Shown here: positions 10,030 to 21,178 of the stretch, one piece after another
How positions within the stretch are numbered: the first letter of the stretch is position 1
Layout: each line of letters starts with the position of its first letter
Origin: Pseudomonadota bacterium
Lineage (GTDB): Bacteria; Campylobacterota; Campylobacteria; Campylobacterales; Sulfurimonadaceae
NCBI GenBank assembly: GCA_043797085.1
Contig: JAZDQA010000011.1
Coordinates: 32,001-96,000 of the forward strand
Direction: 5' to 3'
DNA length: 64,000 bases
Notes under the pieces: model-generated
Databases searched by the model: none
The model's input: the letters and a program-made list of their open reading frames with translations, nothing else
Told to the model about the DNA's origin: nothing
Position numbers and translations under genes: made by a program

Positions 10030-12219
10030 CTATTTGTCTAAAGTAATGGAGCCGAGAACTTCGAATTTGGCACTCGAATCGATCTCAGCATGGGAGAGAA
10101 CAACAATATCAAGATTAAACCGCTCGAAAATCTCTGCCAATGGACGACGAAGTTTCGGGTCAACAATAATGATAATGGGAGAGATTCCGCGTTGAAGAAG
10201 CTCGCCCGCTTTCGCGCTGCTGGCTTGAATCAGACCGTTGATTTCCCCTACATTGAGTTGAAGTTGGCGAGTACCGTCTCGATCATTCGATTTTTCCAGC
10301 AGTCGTTGTTCGCTCATCGTTTCAAATGTTAGCAGCTTTATAATTCCATCAGGACCGGTGTAAATTTGGGTAATAATTCGAGAAAGCTTGGCTCGAACGT
10401 GCTCGGTGATGGTATCTATATTTTTGGTATATTCACTGACATCGGCAATGGTTTCTAAGATGGTTATCATATCTTTGAGAGGGATACGTTCATGTAATAA
10501 TGCTCTGAATACTCGTTGAATCAGACCGATATTAGCGACTTTGAGCAAATCATCAATCAAAACAGGATAGTCATTTTTAATTTTATCAATAAGAGATTGT
10601 GTCTCTTGACGTGTCAGGAGCTCTTCCGCATGTTTTTTGACCAATTCGCTCATGTGAGTAGAAATAACCGTTGAAGGGTCAACCACGGTATACCCGTTGA
10701 TAATGGCATCTTCTTTGAGCTCAGGAGCAATCCAAAATGCATCCAGTCCAAATGCCGGTTCTTTTGTCGCTTCCCCTTCAATCTCACCGATTGCCATACC
10801 GCTGTCCATGGCTAAAAACTTATCAGGCTGGATGAGACCATCACCGATCATTACACCTTTTAGAAGGATGGAATATTGTGTCGGTTTGAGATGAAGATTA
10901 TCACGAATACGTACTTGAGGCATTAAAAATCCAAAATCGGAGGCAATCTTGCGGCGCATGGATCGGATACGCTCGAGTAAATCGCCTCCTTGATTGTTAT
11001 CGGCAAGACGAATGAGCTGATACCCAAGAGTGAGTTCGAGCATCTCGATTTTTAAAATATCTTCAAGCGCCGCTTCTTCGTCTTTGGCAATTTCTTCATT
11101 GCTCTTTCGGCGAGGAGTTGTAGAAGATGTTCCATCACCAGATGTTTGACTTCCTGCAGATGCCGCACCGCTTTTCGCAACTGCAGGGGCGGAAGTGAGA
11201 ACAAGATCCCCTTTTTCATACTTGTAAAGCGCGTAGCCAAGTCCTAGGAAGATCAAACCGACAAAGCCCATTGAAAGTGTTGGCAAGCCTGGAGTAAGAG
11301 CAAACATCATCATGATTACTCCGACAATAATCATCACTTTTGCATTGCCCATCAGTTGTTTGATACTGCCCTCGGCAAAGTTGCTTTGATCATCATTAGA
11401 GCCGCGGGTGATCATAATACCGGTTGCGGTGGAGATGATAAGTGCCGGAATCTGAGAGACTAGACCGTCTCCAATTGTGAGGATAGTATACGTTTGAGCA
11501 CTGGTAGCAACGTCGAGATCAAACTGAAAGACTCCGATTAAAAAGCCGCCGATGATATTGATAAAGGTGATGATAATCCCCGCAACCGCGTCTCCTTTGA
11601 TAAACTTGCTCGAACCGTCCATCGCCCCATAGAAATTGGCATCTTGTAAAATCGCTGCACGACGTTGCTTGGCTTCAGATTCATCAATCAGTCCACTGTT
11701 TAAATCCGCATCAATCGCCATTTGTTTTCCGGGCATTGCATCCAATGTAAAACGGGCTGCAACTTCTGCAACGCGTCCTGAACCTTTGGTGATAACCATG
11801 AAATTGATTAAAACCAAGATTGTAAAGACAATTATCCCGATAACCATATTCCCGCCGACAACAAAATTTCCAAAGCTGGTAATGATGTCACTGACGGCTT
11901 CTGGTCCTTCATGTCCGTTACTTAAAATCATACGAGTCGTTGCTATGTTGAGAGAAAGCCTAAAAAGGGTGATTATCAACAATAAAGTTGGAAAAGTGGT
12001 AAGATCGGTAGGTTTGGGGATATACAGTGAAATAAGCAGAATCAAAACAGACATTGAAATGACAATGGCGAGAAAAAAATCGAGCATTCCACTGGGAAGC
12101 GGGATGATGATAATCGCCAAAATCGTCATGACAAAAACAACGACACTCAAATCTCGTGATGCAAAAATCAGTGAGATGATACTTTGTGTGGTTGGGGTTT
12201 TATTTTTTACTTTTGCCAA
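10030..12219 (-). CDS. flhA: flagellar export protein FlhA
   Basis: RVAEVAARFTLDAMPGKQMAIDADL, FYGAMDGSSKF, GDGLVSQIPAL. Confidence 0.95.
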   Translation of the reverse strand: MAKVKNKTPTTQSIISLIFASRDLSVVVFVMTILAIIIIPLPSGMLDFFLAIVISMSVLILLISLYIPKPTDLTTFPTLLLIITLFRLSLNIATTRMILSNGHEGPEAVSDIITSFGNFVVGGNMVIGIIVFTILVLINFMVITKGSGRVAEVAARFTLDAMPGKQMAIDADLNSGLIDESEAKQRRAAILQDANFYGAMDGSSKFIKGDAVAGIIITFINIIGGFLIGVFQFDLDVATSAQTYTILTIGDGLVSQIPALIISTATGIMITRGSNDDQSNFAEGSIKQLMGNAKVMIIVGVIMMMFALTPGLPTLSMGFVGLIFLGLGYALYKYEKGDLVLTSAPAVAKSGAASAGSQTSGDGTSSTTPRRKSNEEIAKDEEAALEDILKIEMLELTLGYQLIRLADNNQGGDLLERIRSMRRKIASDFGFLMPQVRIRDNLHLKPTQYSILLKGVMIGDGLIQPDKFLAMDSGMAIGEIEGEATKEPAFGLDAFWIAPELKEDAIINGYTVVDPSTVISTHMSELVKKHAEELLTRQETQSLIDKIKNDYPVLIDDLLKVANIGLIQRVFRALLHERIPLKDMITILETIADVSEYTKNIDTITEHVRAKLSRIITQIYTGPDGIIKLLTFETMSEQRLLEKSNDRDGTRQLQLNVGEINGLIQASSAKAGELLQRGISPIIIIVDPKLRRPLAEIFERFNLDIVVLSHAEIDSSAKFEVLGSITLDK

Positions 12220-12222
12220 AAA

Positions 12223-12630
12223 TTACTCTTCTAAAATGGCTTCAAGGGTTAGAACACCTAAAAAGCCATCTACTTTACCCTGTAATCGGTTTAGAAATGG
12301 CCATAAAGAACACGTAGTCGCTTTATTCGACGGGCACTCTTCTTTTGAAGGCGAACAGTTAAAGACAGCAGGACTTTTCCCCTCAGCTGCTTCCATTACC
12401 TCAAGCATAGTGATTTCTGAACTGGGACGTGCCAGTTCAAATCCACCATTTACCCCTTTAAAAGATTTTAAAATCCCTTTTCGGGCAAGCGATTGAAGAA
12501 TCTTGGCTAAAAAACTTTTAGAAATATCGAGTTCTCGAGAGAGCGTGTCAACATCAAGAGGATGTGATGCTTTGGCTAAAATGATGAGTGACAATAGAGC
12601 GTATTCACTCGCTTTGGTCATCAGCATCAC
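12223..12630 (-). CDS. Rrf2-family transcriptional regulator
   Basis: SEYAL...ISKSFLAKILQSL...S.KG.NGGF.LARP; three Cys in the C-terminal part. Confidence 0.9.
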   Translation of the reverse strand: MMLMTKASEYALLSLIILAKASHPLDVDTLSRELDISKSFLAKILQSLARKGILKSFKGVNGGFELARPSSEITMLEVMEAAEGKSPAVFNCSPSKEECPSNKATTCSLWPFLNRLQGKVDGFLGVLTLEAILEE

Positions 12631-12792
12631 GATACCCCCGTAATTTATTTATTTTTATAGAAAAGATATTATAGCTAAATATCATTAGAGAGAGTTTCAC
12701 CGCAAAAAAAGAGTTTTTCAGTTATAATTCCGGTCCTGCTTGAAGAGAACTCTCTTTATCAAGTAAATTCAACTACCCATCAGGAGGCTATT

Positions 12793-13068
12793 ATGGCTTT
12801 AGATACGGCTAAAAAAACTGAAATTATTAAAGAATTTCAACGCACAGAAGGCGATACCGGTTCAAGTGAAGTGCAAATTGCATTGCTTTCAAAGCGTATC
12901 AGTGATCTTACTGAACACCTTAAAATTTTCAAAAAAGATCACTCATCACGTCTTGGTCTTTTGAAATTGGTTGGTCAACGTCGTCGTTTGATGCGTTATT
13001 TGAAACGTACAAATCGTGCAAGCTACAACAAGCTTATTGCTGAACTTGGTATCCGCGACAACATCTAA
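12793..13068 (+). CDS. rpsO: 30S ribosomal protein S15
   Basis: [12 protein letters not shown]...[19 protein letters not shown]. Confidence 0.97.
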   Translation: MALDTAKKTEIIKEFQRTEGDTGSSEVQIALLSKRISDLTEHLKIFKKDHSSRLGLLKLVGQRRRLMRYLKRTNRASYNKLIAELGIRDNI

Positions 13069-13085
13069 ATTTTACGATTTAGAAC

Positions 13086-13112
13086 TTCCGCCTCTTTTGA
13101 GGCAGAATTTTT
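13086..13112 (+). terminator. probable rho-independent terminator after rpsO
   Basis: gcctc-tttt-gaggc stem-loop followed by a T-rich tract. Confidence 0.6.
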
Positions 13113-13145
13113 CCTTCTTTTTTTCTTTTATTTCCACAAAATTAA

Positions 13146-13538
13146 TCAAGCATCATGATGATAATGATCCAGTATACGTTTGTACTCTTCACAAATTTCT
13201 TCCACCGATAATGAGTTTTTATACATACGCAAAATTTGGCGAACAAAATCAAGAGGATATTCTACGCTCAACCCTCGGTTACGTTTGTATATTTCGCTCA
13301 GGACATTGTACATCTCTTCATACACCTCTGGCGATTCATTTTTAAGTCGTTCAAGATTTTCTTGCGCTTGGAGTAATTTAGCATCGTTAAATTCCCCGCG
13401 TTCGGTGGTGCTTTTACGATATTGTACGTAGTCATTAAGACTTTTTTTGTTGAGTATATGATCGGTGAAAGCTTCTATCAATAACATTGTATCTCCTTGA
13501 TTAAATATCCATGTACAACCATTGTACGCCTCAAACAT
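13146..13538 (-). CDS. hypothetical protein (start probably near 13487)
   Basis: ORF with AAGGAG before the internal ATG (MLLIEAF...). Confidence 0.65.
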   Translation of the reverse strand: MFEAYNGCTWIFNQGDTMLLIEAFTDHILNKKSLNDYVQYRKSTTERGEFNDAKLLQAQENLERLKNESPEVYEEMYNVLSEIYKRNRGLSVEYPLDFVRQILRMYKNSLSVEEICEEYKRILDHYHHDA

Positions 13539-13651
13539 AGCAACAGTATAGCAGTTATAGTAGATTGGTTGTATAAATTATATACATAATACCCCATTTG
13601 ATTTTTAAGCATAATAAGGCATAATAATCAAAAATATATGGAGAAATTATC

Positions 13652-14050
13652 ATGAAAATTGCTGTACCTGTTGTGGACGATTCGTTAAAAATGGCTGGAA
13701 ATGCGGGACATACTCCTTATTTCGCTATTTTTAATCTCAAAGGCGGAATGTTCCGAAGCTTTGAGCTAGAAGGTTTACGCGCCAATCCAAAAGTTGCCGG
13801 AGAAGAAGAGGATCATCATGGTCATGATGAAGGTCACACCTGTGATCACGATGAAAATGATGTTGAACATATCAAAGCACACGATACGATGGCAGATGCT
13901 ATTCACGATTGCGATTATCTCGTGGTTAAAATGGCGTGTAAAAATACGGCTAAAAGTATGAGTAATTTAGGGATAAAAATTAAAAAGTACAACGGTACAG
14001 AAGCATCAGCTCAAAAGATTTTGATGGAATTAGCTCCACAGTTTGCATAA
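13652..14050 (+). CDS. NifB/NifX-like (dinitrogenase FeMo-cofactor family) protein with His-rich insert
   Basis: MKIAVP...GH.PYFAIF N-terminus, H/D/E-rich insert, DCDYLV. Confidence 0.7.
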   Translation: MKIAVPVVDDSLKMAGNAGHTPYFAIFNLKGGMFRSFELEGLRANPKVAGEEEDHHGHDEGHTCDHDENDVEHIKAHDTMADAIHDCDYLVVKMACKNTAKSMSNLGIKIKKYNGTEASAQKILMELAPQFA

Positions 14051-14070
14051 ATTAAAAAGATTTTTTGGGT

Positions 14071-14790
14071 TTAAATCCCAAAAATCTTTTTTGCCCTCTC
14101 CAAATCTTCCACCGTATCGATCCCGAACCCTGCACTTGCCACTTTTACCATAGAAATTTTCTTACCATGATAGAGGGCGCGGAGCTGTTCAAGTTTTTCG
14201 ATATCTTCCAACGGTGCTTCTCCTAGCGTACAAAAATCATGCAAACTTTTTTTCGTAAATCCATAAATCCCGATGTGTCCGAAATACGATGCTTCCCCGC
14301 TACGGTTAAACGGGATAGGGGAACGGGAAAAATAGATGGCATTGTGGGCATCATCGGTAATGACTTTTACCATATTCGGGTCATTTGCGGATTCAGTATT
14401 GATAGCGTTGTAGCAGCTAGCCATAATGAAGGGAATATTTTGTGACTTAAGGGCGTTAAGTCGTTTGATGAGCTGAACCAAAACTTCGGTTTCGATAAAA
14501 GGTTCATCGGCTTGAACATTGATGATAAGTTCATCGTCACTAATGTCAAGGAGTTGTGCGCATTCGTTGATCCGATCCGTTCCGCTTTTATGCGTTGTAG
14601 AAGTGAGACGCGCTTCGACACCGAAAGCAGCACAAATTTCGAGGATTTTTTCATCATCGCACGCAACAACGACACGATCGATGGATGCGACCCGTTTAGC
14701 GGTACGAATCACCATCGGCAAACCGCCGATATCGGCTAAAACTTTTTGTGGAAAACGGGTTGAGGCTAGACGGGCAGGGATGATAATCAT
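14071..14790 (-). CDS. kdsB: 3-deoxy-manno-octulosonate cytidylyltransferase
   Basis: IIPARLASTRFP, SGTDRI, NVQADEP, YFSRSPIP, EKLEQLR. Confidence 0.95.
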   Translation of the reverse strand: MIIIPARLASTRFPQKVLADIGGLPMVIRTAKRVASIDRVVVACDDEKILEICAAFGVEARLTSTTHKSGTDRINECAQLLDISDDELIINVQADEPFIETEVLVQLIKRLNALKSQNIPFIMASCYNAINTESANDPNMVKVITDDAHNAIYFSRSPIPFNRSGEASYFGHIGIYGFTKKSLHDFCTLGEAPLEDIEKLEQLRALYHGKKISMVKVASAGFGIDTVEDLERAKKIFGI

Positions 14791-14843
14791 TAGTAAACCT
14801 TGGTAACGATATAATTATTAAATTATAACTCAAAGGTAGATAA

Positions 14844-15536
14844 TTGCTTCTTTATCAATTCGACGGCGGCTATTGTTACAACAGTGATTCGATACTTTTG
14901 TATGGATTTATCACTTCATTTGTACCAAAAGGTAGAATGCTCGATGTTGGTGTAGGGTGTGGAATTGTTGGACTTTTGGTTGCTCGTGATTGTGATGTTG
15001 CACTTGAGGGAGTTGAAAAACAAACTTCTTATGCTCAGATAGCTCGTCGTAACGGAGAGATCAATCGTATCGAGTACAGTGTGCATGAAGGAGATTTTGC
15101 CGAATTTAATGATGCAAAAGGATTTGACTGGATCGTTTCCAATCCCCCTTTTTATCATGAAGGTTCTGCGCGTTCTGAAAACCAAATGCTTCATCAAGCC
15201 CGTTATAATATCCATTTACCCATTGAGATTTTTGCACGTAAAATTTCGAAACTTTTGAAGCCAAAAGGGCAAACGGCTATTTGTTATGATGCTAGGCAGT
15301 TTGTCTCATTATGCAGTGCATTTGAAGATGCAGGCTTAAGAGTCGTTAATGTACAATTCGTCCATTCAAAGCTGGATCGTACTAGTACATTGGTGATGAT
15401 ACATGCGAAAAAAAATAGTAAATCAATGACCAATATTTTGCCGCCATTGATAACATTAGAAGACGAGTGTTACACTCCTGCGGTGCAGGAAATTTATGAC
15501 AGAGCAAAGGTGCACAGTATCAAATGTCCGATTTAA
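14844..15536 (+). CDS. tRNA1(Val) A37 N6-methyltransferase-like
   Basis: LDVGVGCG motif I, VSNPPF motif, DSILL N-terminus. Confidence 0.8.
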   Translation: MLLYQFDGGYCYNSDSILLYGFITSFVPKGRMLDVGVGCGIVGLLVARDCDVALEGVEKQTSYAQIARRNGEINRIEYSVHEGDFAEFNDAKGFDWIVSNPPFYHEGSARSENQMLHQARYNIHLPIEIFARKISKLLKPKGQTAICYDARQFVSLCSAFEDAGLRVVNVQFVHSKLDRTSTLVMIHAKKNSKSMTNILPPLITLEDECYTPAVQEIYDRAKVHSIKCPI

Positions 15537-15901
15537 TGACACAAGAAGGATTTTGTTATGCCTTTAATCCAGATGCATGTTCTTCATGCGGCGGTAACTG
15601 CTGTACGGGTGAGAGTGGAAATATTTTTGTTTCGGTAACGGAAATTACTGCTATTGCAAAGCTTTTAGAAATGGATGAGCGCGAATTTCGGCGTAATTAT
15701 TTGCGTAAAGAAGGATACCGCTATTCGCTTCAAGAGCGCATCGTGAAGGGTTCGCACGATTGTGTGTTTTTTGATCGTTCACGAAATGGGTGTAGTATTT
15801 ACACAGCCCGTCCCCTACAGTGTCGAACATTTCCGTTTTGGGATTATTTTCGTCATCGCATTGATGAGCTAAAGCAAGAATGTCCGGGGATAATAGGATG
15901 A
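15524..15901 (+). CDS. YkgJ-family cysteine cluster protein
   Basis: CSSCGGNCC, C.FFD...CSIY..RP.QCR.FPFW. Confidence 0.85.
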   Translation: MSDLMTQEGFCYAFNPDACSSCGGNCCTGESGNIFVSVTEITAIAKLLEMDEREFRRNYLRKEGYRYSLQERIVKGSHDCVFFDRSRNGCSIYTARPLQCRTFPFWDYFRHRIDELKQECPGIIG

Positions 15902-17172
15902 ACAAAATTTTCTTAATCGTGCTTGTAATGACATTAGGTTTAGAGGGTGCTGTAAAGCCCAAGCAAGAAAAAAACAATGTTTTACCCATTGAAATCAATG
16001 ATGAGACGTATATTTTGGGCGCTTTAGATGCTCAAATGCGTCAAAAACATGATTTAGCCTCGAGCTATTTTGAGGCACTGTATGGTAAAACCGGACGTAA
16101 AGAGTATTTGTATCAATCTTTGCGGATGCTTGAACAAAGTAATAATACTGAAAAGCTCACGCGTTTAACCCAAAGCGCATTAGCTGCAAACCCTGAAGAT
16201 CAAACCTTACAGCGTTTTGCCGTTATTGCATTGCTTAAAAGCGGGAAATATTCGCAAGCAGCACAGGAATCATCGACGCTAAGTGAGAAAACAAAGGCAG
16301 CGGGTGATTATGCATTAAATGCAGAAGCACTTATAAAGCTTGGTAATTTTCAAGGTGCTTATACTGCTCTCAAAAAAGGGTATGAGCTTACTCATGACCA
16401 AGAAATGGCGGATCGCATATCACTTATCATGTATGCCCATTTGGAACAAAAAAAAGAGGCGATAGCCTTTTTAAAAGAGCATATTGTATTATATGGAAAC
16501 AGCAAAATTATTGGAAAACGTTTGGGCAGTTTGTATGCTGATAGCGGTGAGCTTAATGATGCGGCGTTGATGTATGAGCAAACGTATGATTTGACCCTTG
16601 ATCCTTTGATTGCGCAAGAGGCAATTAAGATTTACGCCTATCAACAAGATATTGTTAAACTCAATGTACTACTTGAAAAATCAGGTGTTAATGATGCACT
16701 TCTATTGGATCTTTATGTTCGAAATAAACAATTCGATAAAGCCTCTGAATTGGCAAAAAAATTGTATAAACAAGACCAAAACCCTCTCTATTTGGCGCAA
16801 AGTTCTGTTTTCGCATACGAAGCCTCTCCTAACAAAAATGATCCTATCCTTTTGACTGCGGTAGTTGACGGACTGAAAGAAGCGAACAGTGAGATGGAAA
16901 GTCCTTTGTATGCTAATTATTTAGGCTATTTGATGATTGATCACGATATTGATATCGATGGTGGGATTGTGTATGTCAAAAAAGCGTTGCTTGCACAGCC
17001 TGAGTCACCGTTTTATCTCGATTCTCTCGCATGGGGATATTATAAAAAAGGTGAATGTGCCGAAGCCCTGCGCCTGATGAAACAAGTTGAGTCGATGATT
17101 GGCACAGATGAACAAGAAGTAAAAGATCATCTCAAAGCGATTGAGACGTGTAAAACTAAGGAGAAAAAATGA
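15880..17172 (+). CDS. exported TPR-like repeat protein
   Basis: Signal-peptide-like N-terminus; NYLGY...[12 protein letters not shown]-terminal TPRs. Confidence 0.75.
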   Translation: MSGDNRMNKIFLIVLVMTLGLEGAVKPKQEKNNVLPIEINDETYILGALDAQMRQKHDLASSYFEALYGKTGRKEYLYQSLRMLEQSNNTEKLTRLTQSALAANPEDQTLQRFAVIALLKSGKYSQAAQESSTLSEKTKAAGDYALNAEALIKLGNFQGAYTALKKGYELTHDQEMADRISLIMYAHLEQKKEAIAFLKEHIVLYGNSKIIGKRLGSLYADSGELNDAALMYEQTYDLTLDPLIAQEAIKIYAYQQDIVKLNVLLEKSGVNDALLLDLYVRNKQFDKASELAKKLYKQDQNPLYLAQSSVFAYEASPNKNDPILLTAVVDGLKEANSEMESPLYANYLGYLMIDHDIDIDGGIVYVKKALLAQPESPFYLDSLAWGYYKKGECAEALRLMKQVESMIGTDEQEVKDHLKAIETCKTKEKK

Positions 17173-17954
17173 TACTTGATGACATCATCAAAAAAACAAA
17201 AGAAGATTTAATAGAGCGCGAAGCGAAGTTTAGTATGGAGTGGTTGGGACGTTCTTTAGCATTTAATGCACGTGCTCCGCGTGATGTGCGTCCGTTTTTG
17301 ACGGCAACTCCTGATGAGCCGTACCGCATCATTTCAGAAGTTAAAAAAGCGAGTCCTTCTCGTGGCATTATTCGCGAGGATTTTGATCCTGTGGCGATAG
17401 CGCAAAGCTATGAGCGTGGCGGTGCAAATGCGATTTCAATTTTAACGGAACCTCATTTTTTCCAAGGTAATCTCGATTATCTCGCGGAGATCCGCCGTTA
17501 TGTGAGTATTCCTCTTCTACGTAAAGATTTTATTATCTCCAAATATCAGCTTCTTGAAGCACTCGTTTACGGTGCTGATTTCGTCCTCCTGATTGCGGCA
17601 GCATTGTCCAAAAGTGAGCTCAAAGAGCTGTTAAACTATACACGCCATTTAGGAATGGAAGCTTTGGTGGAAATTCACGATAAATCCGAACTTACCAAAG
17701 CCATCTACGCGGGTGCGGATATTATTGGAATCAATCATCGTAATTTACAAACATTTGAAATGAATATGAACCTGAGTTACGATCTTATCCCCCTTATCCC
17801 TAACGGTAAAATAATTGTGGCTGAAAGCGGTATCTATGAACACGGTCAATTGGAAGATTTAAGCAAGGCAGGTGTGGATGCATTCTTGGTCGGTGAGTCA
17901 CTTATGCGTCAAGATAATGTAGAAGAGGCACTCAGAGTTTTAAAAAACGGATAA
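17169..17954 (+). CDS. trpC: indole-3-glycerol phosphate synthase
   Basis: [37 protein letters not shown]. Confidence 0.95.
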   Translation: MILDDIIKKTKEDLIEREAKFSMEWLGRSLAFNARAPRDVRPFLTATPDEPYRIISEVKKASPSRGIIREDFDPVAIAQSYERGGANAISILTEPHFFQGNLDYLAEIRRYVSIPLLRKDFIISKYQLLEALVYGADFVLLIAAALSKSELKELLNYTRHLGMEALVEIHDKSELTKAIYAGADIIGINHRNLQTFEMNMNLSYDLIPLIPNGKIIVAESGIYEHGQLEDLSKAGVDAFLVGESLMRQDNVEEALRVLKNG

Positions 17955-18165
17955 GCTTTTATAGCGGGTAAACAGGATCTATTATCTCTCTAAACTATAA
18001 TATTTCTTATATATTCTACTCACACTATCAAGCTACACGCTTGATGTGAGTCCTTTTTTCCTTTTTCCCCCTCATTTTCATTTAAAAATCAAAATTGCTT
18101 TTTTTTTAAGCAACCCTTGAGATTACTTTAGGATATCATAAGGAAGTCCACTATTTTTACAAGGG

Positions 18166-19536
18166 GTGTTCATGATTGAGCCAGTGAGTCCGGAGCTACA
18201 AAAGTTTTACGATATTTTTGAAAGTATTGATAAGAGTAAGATCCCTGAATTTAAAGATTTTTTAGAGGCTAATGCGGTTAACTTTAACCTATTCAAAGAA
18301 GGTAATTTTATTGAGAGATCCTTCCCTTTTGATATGATCCCCCGCATCATTCCGAAAAAAGAGTTTGATCATCTCGAAGCAGGTATTATTCAGCGCGTCA
18401 AAGCATTAAATGCTTTTTTGAATGATATTTACGGCGAACAGCGTATTATAAAAGATGGAATTGTTCCTCGTGAATACATCGATTCAGCGGTGGGTTTTCT
18501 CCCATCTTTTATGGGTGTCGTCCCTTCTCAGGGTATTCGAACCCATATCAGCGGTATTGATTTAGTCAAAGACAGCGTGAGTGGTGAATGGGTAATTCTT
18601 GAAGACAATCTGCGGGTCCCTAGCGGTGTCAGTTATCCGCTTACGATTCGTCGTGCATTTCGTCACACGTATCCTGAATTTTTTGAATCGATGAAAATCT
18701 CAAAGATCAAACAATATGGTGACCAGCTAAAAGCGGCTATGGATCATGTTAATACGGGTGGACTCAATGTCGTTCTTACCCCGGGACGATATAATTCTGC
18801 TTATTATGAGCACAGTTATTTGGCAAAAATCACGGGTGCAACCCTTGCCCTTGGTGAAGATTTGATCGTTGAAAACGAAGAAGTATTTTTGTGTGCATAC
18901 AACGGCGAGCGTAAACGTGTCGGAGCGATATACCGTCGGCTTGATGATGACTTTTTAGATCCCGAAGAGTTTGATAAAGAGAGTTTGATCGGAGTTCCGC
19001 ACCTTGCAAGCGTTTATCGAGCGGGTAATGTCGCCATCATGAACAGTATAGGAAACGGTGTTGCAGATGACAAAGGTATTTATTATTTTGTTCCGCAAAT
19101 GGTAAAGTATTATTTGGATGAAGAACCGTTGCTTAAAAATGCACCGACGTATCTCCCTTATTATGAAAAAGATCGTGAATATGTATTGGCAAATATTGAT
19201 AAATTGGTTATAAAAGACGTGGCGGAAGCAGGCGGTTATGGAGTACTGTTTGGTAATCGTTTGACGCCTGAAGAACGTGCTAATATCATAGAGATGATTT
19301 TAGAAAATCCTCGTCGTTTTATTGCTCAAGAGGTTATTGAATTTTATGATTTGCCTTGTATGCTGGAAGAAGGAATTCTTCCTAGAAAAGCAGATTTGCG
19401 TGCGTATGTCATCTATGGAGAAGAAGTAAGTGTGAGCATGGGCGGATTAACCCGTTATGCGATGGAAGAGGGCAATTACCTCGTCAATTCGTCTCAAGGG
19501 GGCGGATTTAAAGATACATGGGTGGTAGAATTATGA
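18166..19536 (+). CDS. circularly permuted type 2 ATP-grasp protein
   Basis: FPFDMIPRII, LEDNLRVPSGVSY, NSAYYEH, GNGVADDK, GGLTR, VNSSQGGGFKDTWV. Confidence 0.9.
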   Translation: MFMIEPVSPELQKFYDIFESIDKSKIPEFKDFLEANAVNFNLFKEGNFIERSFPFDMIPRIIPKKEFDHLEAGIIQRVKALNAFLNDIYGEQRIIKDGIVPREYIDSAVGFLPSFMGVVPSQGIRTHISGIDLVKDSVSGEWVILEDNLRVPSGVSYPLTIRRAFRHTYPEFFESMKISKIKQYGDQLKAAMDHVNTGGLNVVLTPGRYNSAYYEHSYLAKITGATLALGEDLIVENEEVFLCAYNGERKRVGAIYRRLDDDFLDPEEFDKESLIGVPHLASVYRAGNVAIMNSIGNGVADDKGIYYFVPQMVKYYLDEEPLLKNAPTYLPYYEKDREYVLANIDKLVIKDVAEAGGYGVLFGNRLTPEERANIIEMILENPRRFIAQEVIEFYDLPCMLEEGILPRKADLRAYVIYGEEVSVSMGGLTRYAMEEGNYLVNSSQGGGFKDTWVVEL

Positions 19537-20225
19537 TGACAAACGGTATTGCGATTTCGGTCAATACGGCGCAACGACTCTACTGGTTTGGTCGGTATGT
19601 ACAACGTGCGGAAACGATGCTCAAAGAGTTGGTAAACAGTTATGATTATGTCATCGATCGAGATATAGATGATGGACGTAAACTTTATGCCAAATTGGGT
19701 GTTAAGATCGAGTATAAAAATGCGCTCGATTTTCTCAAGCAGGGTGTTTATGGAACGTACGGCGGAAGTGTTGAGCAAATCATCAGCTGGGCGCGTGAAA
19801 ATGCGATAGAATCACGTCATTTACTTGATGAGAGAGGTTTTTCCACCCTCAATAAAATTCATAATCAGCTAGTAGCAGGACGAGATGATGCGGTAAGTCC
19901 AAGTAATCTCGAAGAGATTATTGATAACTGCAGTTTGATTTTGGGGATATTTTCGACGGAACTTGATCGAACTCAAGCGTATCAATTGATCCGTTTTGGG
20001 CAACAAATCGAACGTTTTGATTTGATTCTTCGGATGTATGGCGAGATTGAGATGGTAACGGCTGATATTGATGTGATTAATAGCATTGCCAGACAGTTAA
20101 ATCGCAATTATCGACCGATTAATGTAACGACTTCAGATATTCCGAAATTTTTGGTATTTCTCAACAGTGTTGTTGATCGGGTCATTGTCAAAGAGACTTG
20201 CTTAACACAATCACAAGAACAGTAG
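19518..20225 (+). CDS. alpha-E domain protein (start probably 19533)
   Basis: LYWFGRYVQRAE, ARENA and G..IER motifs; directly follows the ATP-grasp gene. Confidence 0.8.
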   Translation: MGGRIMMTNGIAISVNTAQRLYWFGRYVQRAETMLKELVNSYDYVIDRDIDDGRKLYAKLGVKIEYKNALDFLKQGVYGTYGGSVEQIISWARENAIESRHLLDERGFSTLNKIHNQLVAGRDDAVSPSNLEEIIDNCSLILGIFSTELDRTQAYQLIRFGQQIERFDLILRMYGEIEMVTADIDVINSIARQLNRNYRPINVTTSDIPKFLVFLNSVVDRVIVKETCLTQSQEQ

Positions 20226-21178
20226 GAGAAAATATGGGCGTTATTGAAGAAGTTTTTACCATTGAGCTCCCTGTAGGGGAAAATTTTAGAATTCAGCGCT
20301 GTAGGTATACTTCTCCCAATGCAAAAGCTAAAAATGAAAAAAGAATCTCTATTGTCAGCGGCATCCACGGCGATGAACTAGAGGGGCAATATGTCTGTTT
20401 TTTACTCGGTGAGTGGCTACGTGCCAATGGTGATAAAATCAAAGGGACGATAGATATTTATCCCGCTATTAATTCGTTAGGGCTTGACAGTATCACACGT
20501 TCTATCCCTTTTTACGATGTTGATCTAAATCGTACCTTTCCGGGAAGCAAAAACGATTTTCTCCCTGCTCAGATTGCTGATGGTGTAGTGGATGTGATGC
20601 GTGGGAGCGATTTTGCTATTGATATTCACTCCAGTAATGTCTTTTTACGCGAAATTCCTCAAGTACGTATCGCAAAAGCGCAAGAAGCATCGTTAGTTCC
20701 TCTGGCAAATTTACTTAATATCGATTTTGTGTGGGTGCATGATGCGGTAACGGTTTTGGAATCGACTTTTGCCCATGCTATGAATACAATCGGTACGAAA
20801 ACATTGGTCGTTGAGATGGGTGTAGGGATGCGCTTAGGACATGCGTACGGTCATCAATTGCTCAAAGGTCTTTTAAATCTTATGGCACACGAAGGGATTC
20901 TCGATATTGAACCCCTTGATGTCCGTTTTCCGATACAGTCCCATGTGGGCGAAGTAGCATATCTCAATGCCTCATGTCCCGGATTGTTTGTTCCTGCCAT
21001 AGAGCATTGTCAAATGATTGTCAAAGGAGACGTTGTCGGGCACATTGTGAGTGCTTTGAGTGGTGAAGTGATGGATGAAGTGATAGCTCCGATAGGGGGC
21101 ATACTTTTTACCCTTAGAGCTTATCCTATCGTATACGAGGGTTCATTGCTTGGACGGATTTTTGGAGAAAAACAATGA
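20198..21178 (+). CDS. M14-family metallopeptidase (succinylglutamate desuccinylase/aspartoacylase type)
   Basis: GIHGDE, DLNRTFPG, IDIHS, VEMG motifs plus C-terminal barrel-sandwich segment. Confidence 0.85.
   Translation: MLNTITRTVGENMGVIEEVFTIELPVGENFRIQRCRYTSPNAKAKNEKRISIVSGIHGDELEGQYVCFLLGEWLRANGDKIKGTIDIYPAINSLGLDSITRSIPFYDVDLNRTFPGSKNDFLPAQIADGVVDVMRGSDFAIDIHSSNVFLREIPQVRIAKAQEASLVPLANLLNIDFVWVHDAVTVLESTFAHAMNTIGTKTLVVEMGVGMRLGHAYGHQLLKGLLNLMAHEGILDIEPLDVRFPIQSHVGEVAYLNASCPGLFVPAIEHCQMIVKGDVVGHIVSALSGEVMDEVIAPIGGILFTLRAYPIVYEGSLLGRIFGEKQ

Noticed and set aside
11636..12496. 286-aa plus-strand ORF
   Set aside because: Antisense to flhA and the Rrf2 gene, with no recognisable motifs.
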